Shown piece by piece: positions 12,021 through 24,442 of a stretch of DNA of 64,000 nt. The DNA lies in assembly GCA_010909165.1 (NCBI GenBank), contig MU008217.1, positions 180,979 to 244,978 on the forward strand, read 5' to 3'. Origin of the DNA: Anthoceros angustus (lineage: Eukaryota > Plantae > Anthocerotophyta). The notes below the pieces were generated by a model that did no database searches, was not told the DNA's origin, and saw only the letters and a list, made by a program, of their open reading frames with translations. The position numbers and the translations under genes are program-made. Each line of letters opens with the position of its first letter. Positions within the stretch are counted from its first letter, which is position 1.

Positions 12021-14617
12021 ATGGCAGCAGCAAGCCGACTAGCTCTTGCGCACCGGATTCTCTCCACCGATACTCCAGTTATGGTGCAGGTAATCTTGTG
12101 TTGGCACATTCTTCTGAAAGTTCATCAAATCTACTATTCTCTGGTCTCACATTTCCCGTCTTTTGAATCTGAATTGCTATCCGTGACCTGTGCTCGGAAG
12201 ACGTTATTTCAAAAATTGAGTGCGAATTGCTTTTGTTCTGGTTGCTGGAGGCGGTAGCCAAGAATTTTATCTCAAAGCAGCAATTCCATTTGCCGTCTGT
12301 AGATATTACTTCAGGGTCACGTTTCATCCGCACCCGCTGAATCTACCTATCTCGGTGTAATCAGGGATGCGGTTGTCGGGGTTTTCTTTCTGCTTGGGAG
12401 TAGGCCGAGCTCTGCTTCCTCAGAAGTAGTGAACTGGTTGTTGTTGATTGTTGATGGCTTGTGCCACATGTGCCATGTCTGGGTTGAGTCACTGCTCAGT
12501 CCGGAAGTGGGGAGAGTTAAGTGTGCAGATTCAGCAATTGGAGCTCAATAGCTGCTGTTTCCTGTGGTTGAATTGGCACAAAATCAGCTCAACCCTGCCC
12601 AGGCCTTCCCTGTTTGTGCTTTTTGTTTGCACACTGTCTTCGTGGTTCCTGGTTACTGCTGAGATCGATATTCTGCCTGTGAGGATCACTACCTCCTCTT
12701 GTGCTGTGAGCTGATTTTGGCTTGTGTATCCTGAAAATTGCAGATGCAACAGTTGGTGCGTGGGGCTACGGAGTACCTATCCCTGGCTCAGGTGGTCGTT
12801 GTTAGCCAGCCTTATCTGTATCCCGTGACCGTGAAGCGGATGAAATGCGCTCCACAAGGAGAGGATATTTGCGTCACGGTTTTGTTGTTTGACGCCTTAA
12901 ACCTGATGCTGGTCCTGCAGGAGATCACTAACATATTAATATTAGCTCGTGCAGGGTGTGGTGCACTGGCAGCCTCCAGCACAGGCTTTGGAGAAAATCA
13001 AGGAGGAGATTGCCCAGCCGAATACAAGTCTCTACGGTCCTGACGATGGCATCCCGGAGCTTAGGGCAGCCCTGGTGAAGAAGGTACCAGTCCAGACATC
13101 CCCGTAGCTGCTCTGTAACTGAGGACTGTCATACTTTGTGCTTCGGTCTAATTTTCCAGTTGCTGTCTGCCTCTTTCTTTGTGTAGTTACAGACTGAGAA
13201 TAAGCTCCACAATTCCTCCGTAATGGTCACAACGGGTGCCAACCAGGTTGTTTTTGGTGATTCAAGGATGAGCCACATTTTGTTAGAGAGTGAGAAGTGC
13301 TTATCAGCTTTTATGATACCAACATAAACGATACTGTTTGCAGGCATTTGTGAATCTCGTACTCACATTATGCGACCCTGGAGATACAGTTGCCATGTTC
13401 ACACCCTACTACTTCAATTCATACATGGCGTTCCAGATGACTGGAGTAACTGACATCTTGTTGGGTCCAAGTGATCCTGATACCCTTCAGCCAGACTCAG
13501 GTCGGAATAGTCTCATGCTGTGTTGCATTCCATGTAAAGTATGCGTGTGAGCTACGGTCTTATCCATTTATGATCGTCCAGAGTGGCTCGAGAAGATCCT
13601 GCAGGATGACGGCCAACCCGTCCCCAAGTTGGTGTCCGTTGTGAACCCTGGAAATCCCTCAGGCACGTATGTGCCAGAACCCCTTCTCAAGGTAACACTC
13701 GATCGCTTCTTTCCTACTGATTCGCTGAGAAGGTTATGTGATGGCTACTGAAACCTGAATCCCATCAGAGGATCTCTGAGCTATGCAAGAAAGCAGGTTC
13801 CTGGCTTGTAGTGGACAACACTTACGAGTAAGATACTTCGCTCTTTGAGTTTGTATGATGCTGCATGGTGCTGGTCATGAATTGGAGTTAGCCCCGGTGG
13901 TAGGTGCAGGGTCAAGTACGTGAGGCATAAGCGGCTTGGTACTGACGTGTACTTTAAAGTGCAGGTATTTTATGTATGATGGGCTCAAACATGTCTGTAT
14001 CGAGGGAGACCACGTTCTGAACGTGTTTTCATTCTCCAAGGCTCATGGGATGATGGGATGGAGGATTGGATACGTAAGCTTGTCACTTTTGCACTCCTTA
14101 TTGTCTATCTGCGAGTCTACGCACAGCTCGATAATTCTAATACCGCCCAGGCTATTTGCTGCAGATAGCATATCCTGCTTCAGCGGCCGGTCTGGCGGAA
14201 CAGCTTCTTAAGGTTCAGGACAACATCCCTATCTGTCCGTCCATCATAGGGCAGAAGCTTGCTCTGGCAGCATTAGAGGTTGGGCCTGACTGGGTTCACG
14301 AGCGAGTGAAATCGCTCGACGAGAATAAGGCAATACTGCTCCGCGCCCTGGCGCCTCTGGGGGAAGGGGCTGTCAAGGGCGGCGAGGGTGCCATCTATCT
14401 GTGGGCAAGACTTCCGGCCAACGCGCAGGATGATGTTGCAGTTGTCCGTTGGTTACTTGAAAAACACCGTGTGTTGGTCATCCCAGGCAGTGCCAGTGGC
14501 GGCAGGGGCTTCGTCCGCATCTCATTTGGTGGATTGACCTCAGAAAAGTGCGTTCTGGCCGCTGAGCGACTCAAGCAAGGATTGCAGGAACTTGTGCAGG
14601 GGGGACTGGTCACATAG
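12021..14617 (+). CDS. PLP-dependent class I/II aminotransferase, ISS1/VAS1 (At1g80360)-like aromatic aminotransferase; 9 exons
   Basis: Exons 12021-12089, 12744-12791, 12955-13083, 13187-13246, 13344-13500, 13582-13691, 13769-13827, 13965-14073, 14165-14617, all GT-AG and in phase. Motifs TDTPVMVQ, SLAQGVVHWQPP, VNPGNPSGT, VDNTYEYF and the PLP-lysine motif FSFSKAHGMMGWRIG. Confidence 0.95.
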
Positions 14618-15244
14618 AGTGGAACCGTTGAGTCTCGGGCACCGCCTAATACCAGAGCGGCACGATTGATTGACGAGCTAATTTCCTGTTGCCTCGACGA
14701 TTACGAAAATCGCCGCAACTCGGTGAGGTTAATGGTCGACGGGTAGATGAGGTACTGGGTCATGTCAACTGACTTCTAATGCGATGCTGTTGTTGTTGTA
14801 CATTACTACCTATGTTCGTAAGTACCCTTGTCGTTCCTCCCTAATAGGCAGAGTACCTACTACGTAAACATATAGGTGAGAATCTGCGTTGTAGTCCCAT
14901 TTCAAGTGACAGATGGTGCCCCCAACCCCCAACCCCCAACATTGTTCCCAACAAGAAGTGAGTAAAGGAGAATTTCTTGAAGCCTTGCCGCTTAGAGATG
15001 CTCATGAGGCTGCCATGGAAGCGGCCCTTGGTTCTTTGAACAAGATAAGCCCATGATACACTCACAATTACTTTCTTCGCAAGAAACTGACAAACTCCAG
15101 AAAAAGAAGAATCGATTGAAGTCCACAGATTCAGCAAAGTCTGCTCAAAAAAATCAGAGACTTAATTCTGGAATCCTCGGAACTTACTCTGCTGGCTCAA
15201 GAATGTAATTTCCGAACTAACCTAATTTCGCTCTCTCTTCCTTC

Positions 15245-18198
15245 CTACCTGGCTATAAGCAACGTCTCCAATTCCTCCAGGGTTTTGCCCTTAGTCTCCA
15301 GTAAATAGCTCCTGACAAAGTAAGCTGCAGATACACATGCGGCGGTGAAGAAGGCGTATACGCCTCCAGCACCGATCCGATTCATTAGAGGAAGGAAAGA
15401 AAATCCCACTAAAAAATTCGTCACCTGCAAAAATCAAGCCCACAACTAAGTACGAGTGTTAGAGTAATCGGATGCAATGAAGGTTCATGAATAAACACGT
15501 CGCGCAACATTTCGGATGGATGGCTCAGACATTACCCAGTGAACGCACATGCAGATAGACATAGCCTTGCCACGTATATTGTCCGCAAAGATCTCTGGCA
15601 GGAGCAGACCAGGTACTGGGCCTGCTCCGAGAGCAAACATAAACACAAACCTGCAACAGGGTCATCTGTTTTGAGTCATCCGTTTCGAACAGACTTTCTT
15701 CTGCGAGGAAAGCCATTTATTACGCAAACACGAGAAAGGAGCACTTGATTACAGACTCTTGTGAAACCGACTTACATTAGTGTGCCCCCAAGTGACAGGT
15801 AACCCTGTGTAGGATGGAGAGCAGAAATACGATATGCCCCCACTTGCACTGCCATAGAAAGAGCCTACTGAACACACAATGACACGGAAACGATCTTATT
15901 AACTGTTAATCTTCCAAAAGCTTGTGTGCTGTGGGATGCTAATGACAGAACGATCATTCAACAGAGATCCCCATTCCTGTCAGTCACATTACTGAAGGCA
16001 CTAATTTCTTTCAGTGAAGCACGTACACAGAGAGAAATGTCAAATGGTAAACTAATCAATAAGGCACCCAGCAGAAAAAATCAACTGTACCATGCCAGAG
16101 AAGCTGTATAACAGCAGATTACGCCGCCCTTGATGGTCCATCAAATAAGCAGCCCAGCAGGATGCTGCAAATTTGTGCCACAGGGAGTCAGCACAAACAG
16201 CATACTTCCAAAACTGCCTGTGAAACGACAACAGGTTAGAGGGGAGATATACCAGAAAGGTTTACAACTCCAACAGACACACTGGCTGCTAAATCTGACT
16301 TCACTCCAGCATCTTTGAACACTGTTGTAGAGAAGTAAAATATGGCATTGATCCCAGAGAGCTGCTGCAGCGCAAAAAGGGCTGCACCTATGCCCACAAC
16401 TGCAACCAGAACCTTAAGTTATGCCATCTGGACTCAGAGGTTTTCACATGTGTGGAAAGGGGGAAAACAACAAATCAATAACACAGGCTACTGGATTGCG
16501 TACCTCTTCTATATCTCATACTGAAAAGTACACCCCAAGTCGCCTGTGAAGTATCTTCTGACCGCTCAGCAGTTACTAGATCATCCAGTGCAACTTTAAC
16601 GTAGGCGGGTCCCCACAAACTTTCAAGCACCCGCTCAGCTTCAGCTCTTCGAGATTGCTGACAAGGCATTTACGTGAACAACAACTACCGTGCTATCCCA
16701 CACAAGAGCCACTTGGCTGTCCGACAAGGAAGTCTATAGTAACATGTACACTAGAAAGTGGAGGCAGGCAAGAAAGCGAGACATGGCCAGGGTACACAGG
16801 ACAAACGACCTTGAACAGCCACCTTGGGCTCTCAACACAAAATTGCATCCCAACTAGAAGCCCAACAGCTGGGATTATGGAAATCCAAAAACACACCCGC
16901 CACCTGGAGTGATGCGATGTGCATTAAAGACCAGAATCGGATATCCCAGCATCACACTCACTGTGCTCTGTGACGAAGGTGGGATGCAGAATCATACCAG
17001 TTTGCAACAGAGGAGGCAGGGTATGATGCCAAAAGGGCTCCAAGTATACCCAGACAGTTGGCAATTTGGCATAAAGATCCAAAGATGCCACGAACAGAGG
17101 TTGGGGAAATCTGACGGGTAAAAACACATTAGATAACAGTTGCAATGACAGATCTTAATCAACAGCATCTTACTGATATAACGAGTACCTCAGAAACGTA
17201 CATAGCCATTACTGGTCCTCCTAGGCCAAGACCTATTCCCACCAAGCACCGCCCCAACCACATAGCATTTCCTCCTGATGCTAGAGCACTGACAGCAATG
17301 GAACATTTAAGCGATAAGTAAAACCAGTGGAACAAGCTGAGAGTATTCTACGAAAATGCCGCAATTGCATTAGGTGCAGAGGGTGTTAGAAGGAGTAGCA
17401 ACTCTAACATGAAGCGTCCAAACAATTTGACATTTCTCTATCCAACAGAAGCCATCGAGCACAACACCTAAACGCGGTGCCGATTATCATGGGCAGTGCA
17501 GAAACTTGAAGAGTGCGACGACGGCCATATTTGTCAGCTGCAACCCCACTGAAAGCACATCCAAAGAAGGCGCCCACCAAGAAAATGCTTACGACGAACC
17601 CTGAAAGCAAACATGAGCAAAGCGTGTGTGAGTGAGATTTTAGATGGAGGCGGGCATCCAAGCAGAGAGTGAACGCAGGTTGTGAAGTTGGGCGAAAAGA
17701 CTTGGGTGTTGCTGAGACCAGAAATTCACCTTCAGCAAGGGCATCGCCTGCAAACCCAAGATCTTGTGCGATGTACTCCAAAGGGATATTGACAACTCTG
17801 TGACAACGATGGCAGATAGCGTGTCATCAAGCTTTTTTTTCACTCAGCAGAATTCACTGTAATCCATCCAGTTCCAGGTGCCGAGGCCAAACCCAATGTG
17901 GTATCCGAACAGGACTCCCGTAAGAGTAGCCACACAGACATCCGGCAGTGAGCGTCTCCAAGGAGGAGCGCTGGTACGATCTGCATCTGAGTCGAATGCT
18001 GAGTAGCCTGCAAAAATGGTTGCACCTGAGCCTCTGAGAGAGGGAAGCGGGAAGAGAGAGGGAGGGCGGGGAATTTGTGAGGAGGCACGAACCTGGTGGA
18101 CGAGCAGAGTGATGCACGTCTTCACGAGGAGGCTCCCAGGAAGGAATCCGAGAGTATAGTTTGGGGAGTTCCAACGCCATAGGCCTGGCCCTTGTCAT
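15245..18198 (-). CDS. MFS sugar porter, probable plastidic glucose transporter-like (pGlcT/SGB1 clade); 13 exons
   Basis: Exons 18198-18093, 18007-17893, 17797-17730, 17600-17468, 17288-17189, 17110-16998, 16903-16810, 16657-16504, 16399-16253, 16164-16091, 15864-15776, 15650-15536, 15424-15245, spliced in phase. Motifs [68 protein letters not shown]. The start could be the second ATG at 18180. Confidence 0.93.
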
Positions 18199-18510
18199 GT
18201 GCAGCTTGCGGGCGAGAAGTGGGCAGCATGCAATATTTCAGGGGCAGGGGTGGGTGGAGGCATGGGAAGCAGAGCAGCGTTGGTCGGGCGCGAGCGTCGG
18301 TCTGCCAGGTGGTATGGACGTATACGTGGCGAGAGTACATGGCTCCGGAATCGGCCGGTAGATCGAATTAGGGCAGGGGGGCCGGAAAGAGACACAAGTC
18401 GAAAGCCAAGGGACACGCCAGTGCAATTGGTGCGCAGTCGGGCTTGAATCCGGGGCGTGGCGGCACGCAGATGCAGATGCGGATGCAGATGCCTGTTAGC
18501 CCACGCAACC

Positions 18511-19635
18511 ATGCAATCCAGGGACCTGAAGAAATGGCTGGAATTCGAAGCAATCTGCGTCCCGGTGCTGGTCACCTTCCTCCGGCCCCCGAAATGCTTT
18601 ATCATGGATCCCGACACCAAGGAATGGAAGGCGATGCCCGTGCTGAAATTCATCCCTGCCTGTCCCACCCGGCCAGACCTGGCGCCCCGGGTGCTGGACG
18701 GGCAGAAGGGGCTGCTGGTGGCGAAGAACTTCTACCAGGATTTTCTGTACGTGTGCAACCCGGTGACGACGCTGATTAAGAGGCTCCCGCCTTTGGTGGG
18801 CTCCGTGAACCCGAAGGTGGTGCACATTGTGACAGACCTGGAGGCCAAGAGCTTCCGGGTGTTCGCCATCTCGTTTCTGGAGGACTCCATCTGGGGCGGG
18901 TGGAAGAAGCTGCCGGCAGGCGTGAAGCATCTGGACAACGGCTTTTCCAGGGTGGAGGTGTACGACTCCAAGCACCCGGCCAAGGACTCGGAAGCGCACG
19001 AGTGGAAGCTGTTGCCGAGCCGGCAGCCGGTGTCCCCTGCGGCGCACACGCTGCAGGACTTTTTGTGCATGCCGCTGTGCCTGCGATCTGTCCTGCTGGA
19101 CGGCACCATTTTCTGCCTGTGCCAGAAGCGGTGTGGGCCGGGGCTGGAGTGCTGCCTGCTGGGCTACGACATCAAGGAGTGCGTGTGGAAGGGGCCGTGC
19201 GACGTGCCCCTCAGGCTGGGCTGGTTCCCGGAGATCGTCGTCTGCTCCTCCTCCGTCTTCCTCATGGGATTCCATCCCTCCGCCGACCAGAATCGCTACG
19301 ACAAGGTGTTCCACATGTACAAGTACATCCCCGCGGACGGCGGGGATTGCAAGCTGCAGTCGGTGGCGCCCGCCGCCGTGAACGATGCTCTGCGGGGCTG
19401 GGACTCGCTGCGGCCCTTGGCCCTGGGCAACCTCATCTACCTCATATCCCCGACCTGCGATCGAGGCTTCCTGTACAATGTGAGCGACATGTGCTGGCGC
19501 GATTGGGCCAGCCCTAACCCGCTGCCATGGCCCCGGGACAAGGCCACCATCTACCCTTTTTCGCCCGACATCAGCAGCGCGCACGTCTTGGCGTTTGAGC
19601 CACGCTCCTTTGCCTCCTTCGACTCCTCCTCCTGA
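18511..19635 (+). CDS. Intronless F-box-associated (kelch-like) domain protein, apparently lacking the N-terminal F-box motif
   Basis: 374-aa ORF from the first ATG with strong GC3 bias. Contains DPDTKEWKAMP, GLLVAKN..LYVCNPVT..IKRLPP, VEVYDS...WK and GYDIKECVW, typical of plant F-box C-terminal repeats. No clear F-box in frame (TGA at 18445). Confidence 0.75.
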   Translation: MQSRDLKKWLEFEAICVPVLVTFLRPPKCFIMDPDTKEWKAMPVLKFIPACPTRPDLAPRVLDGQKGLLVAKNFYQDFLYVCNPVTTLIKRLPPLVGSVNPKVVHIVTDLEAKSFRVFAISFLEDSIWGGWKKLPAGVKHLDNGFSRVEVYDSKHPAKDSEAHEWKLLPSRQPVSPAAHTLQDFLCMPLCLRSVLLDGTIFCLCQKRCGPGLECCLLGYDIKECVWKGPCDVPLRLGWFPEIVVCSSSVFLMGFHPSADQNRYDKVFHMYKYIPADGGDCKLQSVAPAAVNDALRGWDSLRPLALGNLIYLISPTCDRGFLYNVSDMCWRDWASPNPLPWPRDKATIYPFSPDISSAHVLAFEPRSFASFDSSS

Positions 19636-20777
19636 AGGAAGCAAGGATTCACTGGTACGCCTACTTACTACCTGCCCTGGACTATTACCAAGTAGCGTGT
19701 AGCCTAGCCCAGGCGTGTGTGTACGTTTAACTTCCAAACCGCCCTTGCTTTCATAACCACTGGAACCAACGTTCCAGGCCTGCCCTTCTTTGCGCTGAAG
19801 GACCTACCTACCAATTAAGGAGCAGCTGTTCATCCTAATAACTCTTTTTAACTTGTAAGCCCCATTAGCAGCGAACCAAACATCCCACACATGCATGCTG
19901 GACTGTGCATGTACCTATCTATTTCGGTCGCTGGGTGTCCCTCACACTCACCTCGTGTGCCTCTGGAACAATTCTGCCCAGGAGCAAAAGAGCAAATGAA
20001 AGGAGCCTGAAGCCAAGGGCAAACAGCCAAACAAGAAGCAAAAAAGCAAGCAACAAGCAAAAATAGGATAAAAAAACAAAGCAAGATGCACAAGCAAAAC
20101 AAGAGGGGAAAAGCAAAATCACATTAAGCCAAGGAAGGATCTGAGCAAATGCGAGATGCAATATCCGCATGACCAGGGTAGGTAGACGCTCGAAGGAAGC
20201 ATCCTGCAAGAGCTTTTAAACCAGAGCGAATCGGGTGACGCAGAGCCTCGTCAACATGGGTGATGATCGCATGTAGACCAGTCAGCGAATGTTCCACTTC
20301 CAATCCCTCATCCCTGTCAGAGACACTGCAAAGTGCAGAGCACCAGACATGCCTTCTTTTCGCTGATGAGATATGTGACAGACTTCCCAGTGGCAGAAAT
20401 CCAAACACGGCTACTGTACAGTGCTAGCAACATGTGAACAGATCTTGCGTTTCTGTCGGTGTCTTAACACATATCTCTCGGTGTCAGACGCGAACATCTC
20501 TGCTTCGGGATAGCCTGTTGGATGGCATTGCCAGCCAGAAGAGCGAATCAAGAAACAGCCCGAAAACAAAAAAGTTGGTTACAGCCGGTTCTCTGAGCAA
20601 ATATCAAGTCCTTTTCCATTCCGCAACAGTGACAGAGGCAACTGGTGCTGTAGGTAGGCAATTTGAAGAGCTGGCACGCATGATGTGTGGAGTTGGATAC
20701 TCCAAAGAATAATATTACCTAAGAGTAAGTAGCTGGAGCAAAATTGGTTGTTCACGTCATTTCAGAAGGCTTGAGAC

Positions 20778-22804
20778 TCATAGGCTGAGGAAGACAAACT
20801 CTTCGATAGCAGGAACGCTGCCGATCTTGTCAAGCACCTGCTTGGTCGGAGCCTCGTCGACGCCGATGGCCATGACCGCCTTCTGGCGCGGGGAAGTCCT
20901 GCTGACGCTCATGAAGCTGATGTTCACGTTCTCCTGGCCCAGCAAACTGCCCACCTTCCCGATCATGCCCGGCTGATCCACCTGACGGCACAGAATGATG
21001 CTGCCCTCCAGGCTGATATCCACACTGAAGTTCCCCACCAGCGAGAGGTGCGCCACCCCGGCCTTAATCTTCCCCTCGAGCGTGATGTCCCCGGAGTCGG
21101 AGATGGCGCTCCCGAAGTTGGACTGCACGTTGCGGATGCGGATCCCAATGCTCTCCAGCGGCCCATCCGTGGCCCCATTGGCCGAGGGCTGGAACTCCTC
21201 GGTGACCCGCAGCCCCCGCTGCTTGGCCACGAAGTCGGCGTTCACCAGGTTAATGAAGGAGCTGGACACAGGCTCCACCAGCCCCTTCACCATCATAGCC
21301 CGCAGCAGCCGGGTGTCCACATCCGGCATGCCCTCCTGCCGGGGCCCCCGGTACACGGCCGTGACATCCTTCACGCCCGCCCCGCCCTTGACGAGCTGCA
21401 CCGCCAGCCTCCCGAGCTTGTCCGCCAGAATCACGTAGGGATGCAGCGCCGTGAGCACCTCGGAGCCACCATCGGCGTTCACCGCCGTGGAGGAGAGCTC
21501 CCCCTGGAGAGCCCCCACCACCGCCACCGCGATCTCCACCGCCACGCCCTCCTGCGCCTCCGTGGTGCTGGCCCCGAGGTGAGGCGTCACAATCACCTGC
21601 TCGTGCGCCACCAGCGGGTCCCCGGCATTGGGCGGCTCGTCCGTGAACACGTCCAGCGCCGCCTGCGCCACCAGCCCGCTGTCCAGCGCCCGGATGAGCG
21701 CCGGCTCGTCGATCACCCCGCCCCTGGCCACGTTCACGATGCGCACCCCGGGCTTCACCTTGGCCAGCGTCTGATCGTTGAAGATCTTGTCGGTGGAGGG
21801 CGTGAGCGGCATGTGCAGCGAGATGAAGTCCGCCCTCGCCAACGCCTCATCGAACGACACCAGCTCCACCCCGATGGCCCGCGCCCGGTCCGCCACCGCG
21901 TACGGGTCGTGCGCGATCACCACCATGCCCAGCCCCTTGGCCCGCCGCGCTACCTCCGAGCCCACCTTCCCGAACCCCATCACCGCCAGCGTCTTCTCCA
22001 CCAGCGACACCCCCACGTACTTGTTCCTCAGCCACTTGCCTGCCATCTCCATCGCATCAGCATCACAACAAAACATCACACAGCTGCAGATGCAAAGCAA
22101 AACACAAGCACGGCATGGCAGCACGGCAAGCAGAAGCTAGGGCATGGCGTCCAGTCTTCTCACCGGCCTTGAGGGCAGCGTTGGCCTGGGGGACGTTGCG
22201 GGCCAGGGCGGCCAGGAGGGCAATGCCGTGCTCAGCTGCGGCGATGGTGTTGGCGGTGGGGGCGTTCACCACCAGACAGCCCACCTCCGTGGCGGCCTGC
22301 AGATCCACGTTGTCGATGCCCACCCCGGCCCTGCCCACCACCTTGAGGCGGCCCTGGGCCGCCTCGAACACCTCCCTCGTCACCTTGGTGGCGCTGCGCA
22401 CCACCAGGGCATCCACCAAAGAAATCTTGGCGCACAGCTCCTCCTGCGACAGGTTGTAGGAGCAGTCCACGTTGGCAAACTTCCGCAGCAGCTCGATCCC
22501 CGCCTCCCCCAGCTTCTCCGCCACCAAAACCGTCGGCTTCGCCGTCACGTCCAGGGCCTGGGACAGAGCTCCGGAAGCCCCGGGGGTCGCCGTGCTCACC
22601 TGCATCCGCACAACCCTACCGCTCACCGCCGGGGACACCCGCAATCGGGTGTGCGGGAGAGGACACTGCCGCACCATGCTCCCTCCCGCCGTAAGCCCCG
22701 CAGGCAGCGCTGGAGGACAGCTTCTGCTGGTGCCTAGGGCACGCAGACTGCGGCTTGGCCGCAGCGGCCACGGCCTGCGACTTGAGGGCAGCGGCAGCAG
22801 CCAT
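20778..22804 (-). CDS. PGDH: D-3-phosphoglycerate dehydrogenase, plastidic; 2 coding exons
   Basis: Exon 1 ends at 22164 (...ANAALKAG); exon 2 is 22039-20778. Motifs KPTVLVAEKL, GRAGVGIDNVD, GFGKVGSEVARRAKG, TPHLGAST.EAQ and a C-terminal ACT domain (QVDQPGMIG). The ATG at 22804 is out of frame with the catalytic frame, whose first ATG is at 22677 (see findings). Confidence 0.95.
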
Positions 22805-24238
22805 GATCAATCACCTCCTCTGCAAAAAGCCACAAAATCCCCCGGGAGCAGGCTCCACGGGTCACGAGAGCGCTGGAATATGAGTCCCTCTGCCCTCCTG
22901 CTCACACCTAAAGGCTGTCCGACAGAGAGGCAGGCCAGCCGCCGAAGCTTGCAGCAGAAGTCGAGCGCTTCCCTGGCTGCGAGCTACAGCCTGGTGAGAG
23001 CGATGCCAGAAGTGCAAGCACGCTCGCCTCCAGTACACCCACGATCGCCCTTCCCACTCTCACTCTCTCTCTCTCTCTTTACAACTATCTTACGTAACTC
23101 AGATATTTTCATCAGAATATGTACTGTACATACAATCCCTAGCTTCTTTATACGAGATCCAATAGGCATTTTATACCAGATCCAAAAAGAACCGCACTTG
23201 GTTTATTCCTTCCCCGCACGTGCCCCACAAGCGCCAAGGCAAATTGCACCTGCGGCTCTCCTTGCTTCATTATGCTCTCTCGTCCACTATCACAATTAGC
23301 CTAAGATAAACAACTATAACCATAACCATAATCATAACCATAGATTCCGCATCCTTGTCCATGGATTGCCGACCCACCCTTCTCTTCTTCTTCCCACAAG
23401 TCCTTCCTTTCCACATGTCAACCCCTCCATGAAGATGGGCATGGGCGTAGTGTGTTTCATGTGTTTGGGGCCGATCGCATGTGTTTTATCTGGCTTATTC
23501 TTGAGGGTTTAGGGCTGGGTTTTGTGACATGGATGAGGATGATATTGTGTCCAAGCACTGGTCTCCTAGGTATTAGTGCAGGGCACGTTGTCACCTGAAC
23601 TAAGGAATGGTAGAGCCTTTATGCTGCAACGAACGGGCCCGGCATGCCACCCTCTCTTCGCTATTAGTGGTCTGCGAGTAGGGCGTTCTATGTGGGTTTA
23701 GGTTTTTAGCATGTGCCATCTGCACACTAAAACGGTGTCCTAGGGTAATCGGAGCTCTCGGCTTTCGGTGATGTACCCATCATGCTACTTGACTCACGTT
23801 TTTATTGATCAGTTCGGTGCGCAACAGGCTTCCTTCCTTCCTTCCTTCCTTGGTAGCTAGACTCCATTTGTAGGCAAATCCGGATCCCAGTGCGAATTAG
23901 AATTGGTACACTTTTAGGGAGCCTAGTTATTGGAGTGAAGCATGTGAGAACTCGAGTGGAATTTGGCTAGAAAGGATTGATGAGATCAAAATGTCTTCAG
24001 TAAGGAGTCGATACTTCAAGTTATGGCTAGATAGGATTGATGTCAATCAACTAGCTACTAGTTCTTAAATTACTTGGTCCTATATTTTGTGCAAAAGATA
24101 ATTATACCAGATTATATATACCTGAAGATCCATAAACCTTTACAGACTTAAAAAGCTTTTGAAAGCTTCACGCAGCTTGAAAGACAAGTTTTGTATTTGA
24201 AGATTTGTAAAAGCAAGCTTCATTTGTCCAAATGGCCT

Positions 24239-24442
24239 AGGCCAAATGGACACACATTTATAAGAACGCCATGATTAAGCATCCTGAGCTTGGATCGGTA
24301 CTTAGATGGGGTGCCTAAAGGGAGTGGATGCCCTTGGTGCAAGTAGCTTAGGCACACCATGGTACAAGTTGTTAAGTACCAAGTCCCATGACGGAAACCG
24401 TCCTTAGTGGACTTAAATAAAATTCTTCTTCTTCTTCTTCAT
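24239..24442 (+). mobile_element. ~200-bp SINE-like element with AATAAA and a (TTC)n tail
   Basis: Near-identical to the reverse complement of 32428-32631. Ends ...GTGGACTTAAATAAAATTCTTCTTCTTCTTCTTC. No clear TSD or tRNA A/B box seen. Confidence 0.75.

Noticed and set aside
14030-14073. SKAHG instead of SKTYG next to the PLP lysine
   Set aside because: The catalytic Lys and GWR are intact; ordinary family variation.
18496-19737. 413-aa minus-strand ORF
   Set aside because: Antisense shadow of the GC3-rich F-box-associated ORF; no independent motifs.
21048-22172. 374-aa plus-strand ORF
   Set aside because: Antisense shadow of GC3-rich PGDH exon 2.
24239-24442. Hammerhead ribozyme (retrozyme) in the short element
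   Set aside because: No CUGAUGA...GAAA core on either strand.
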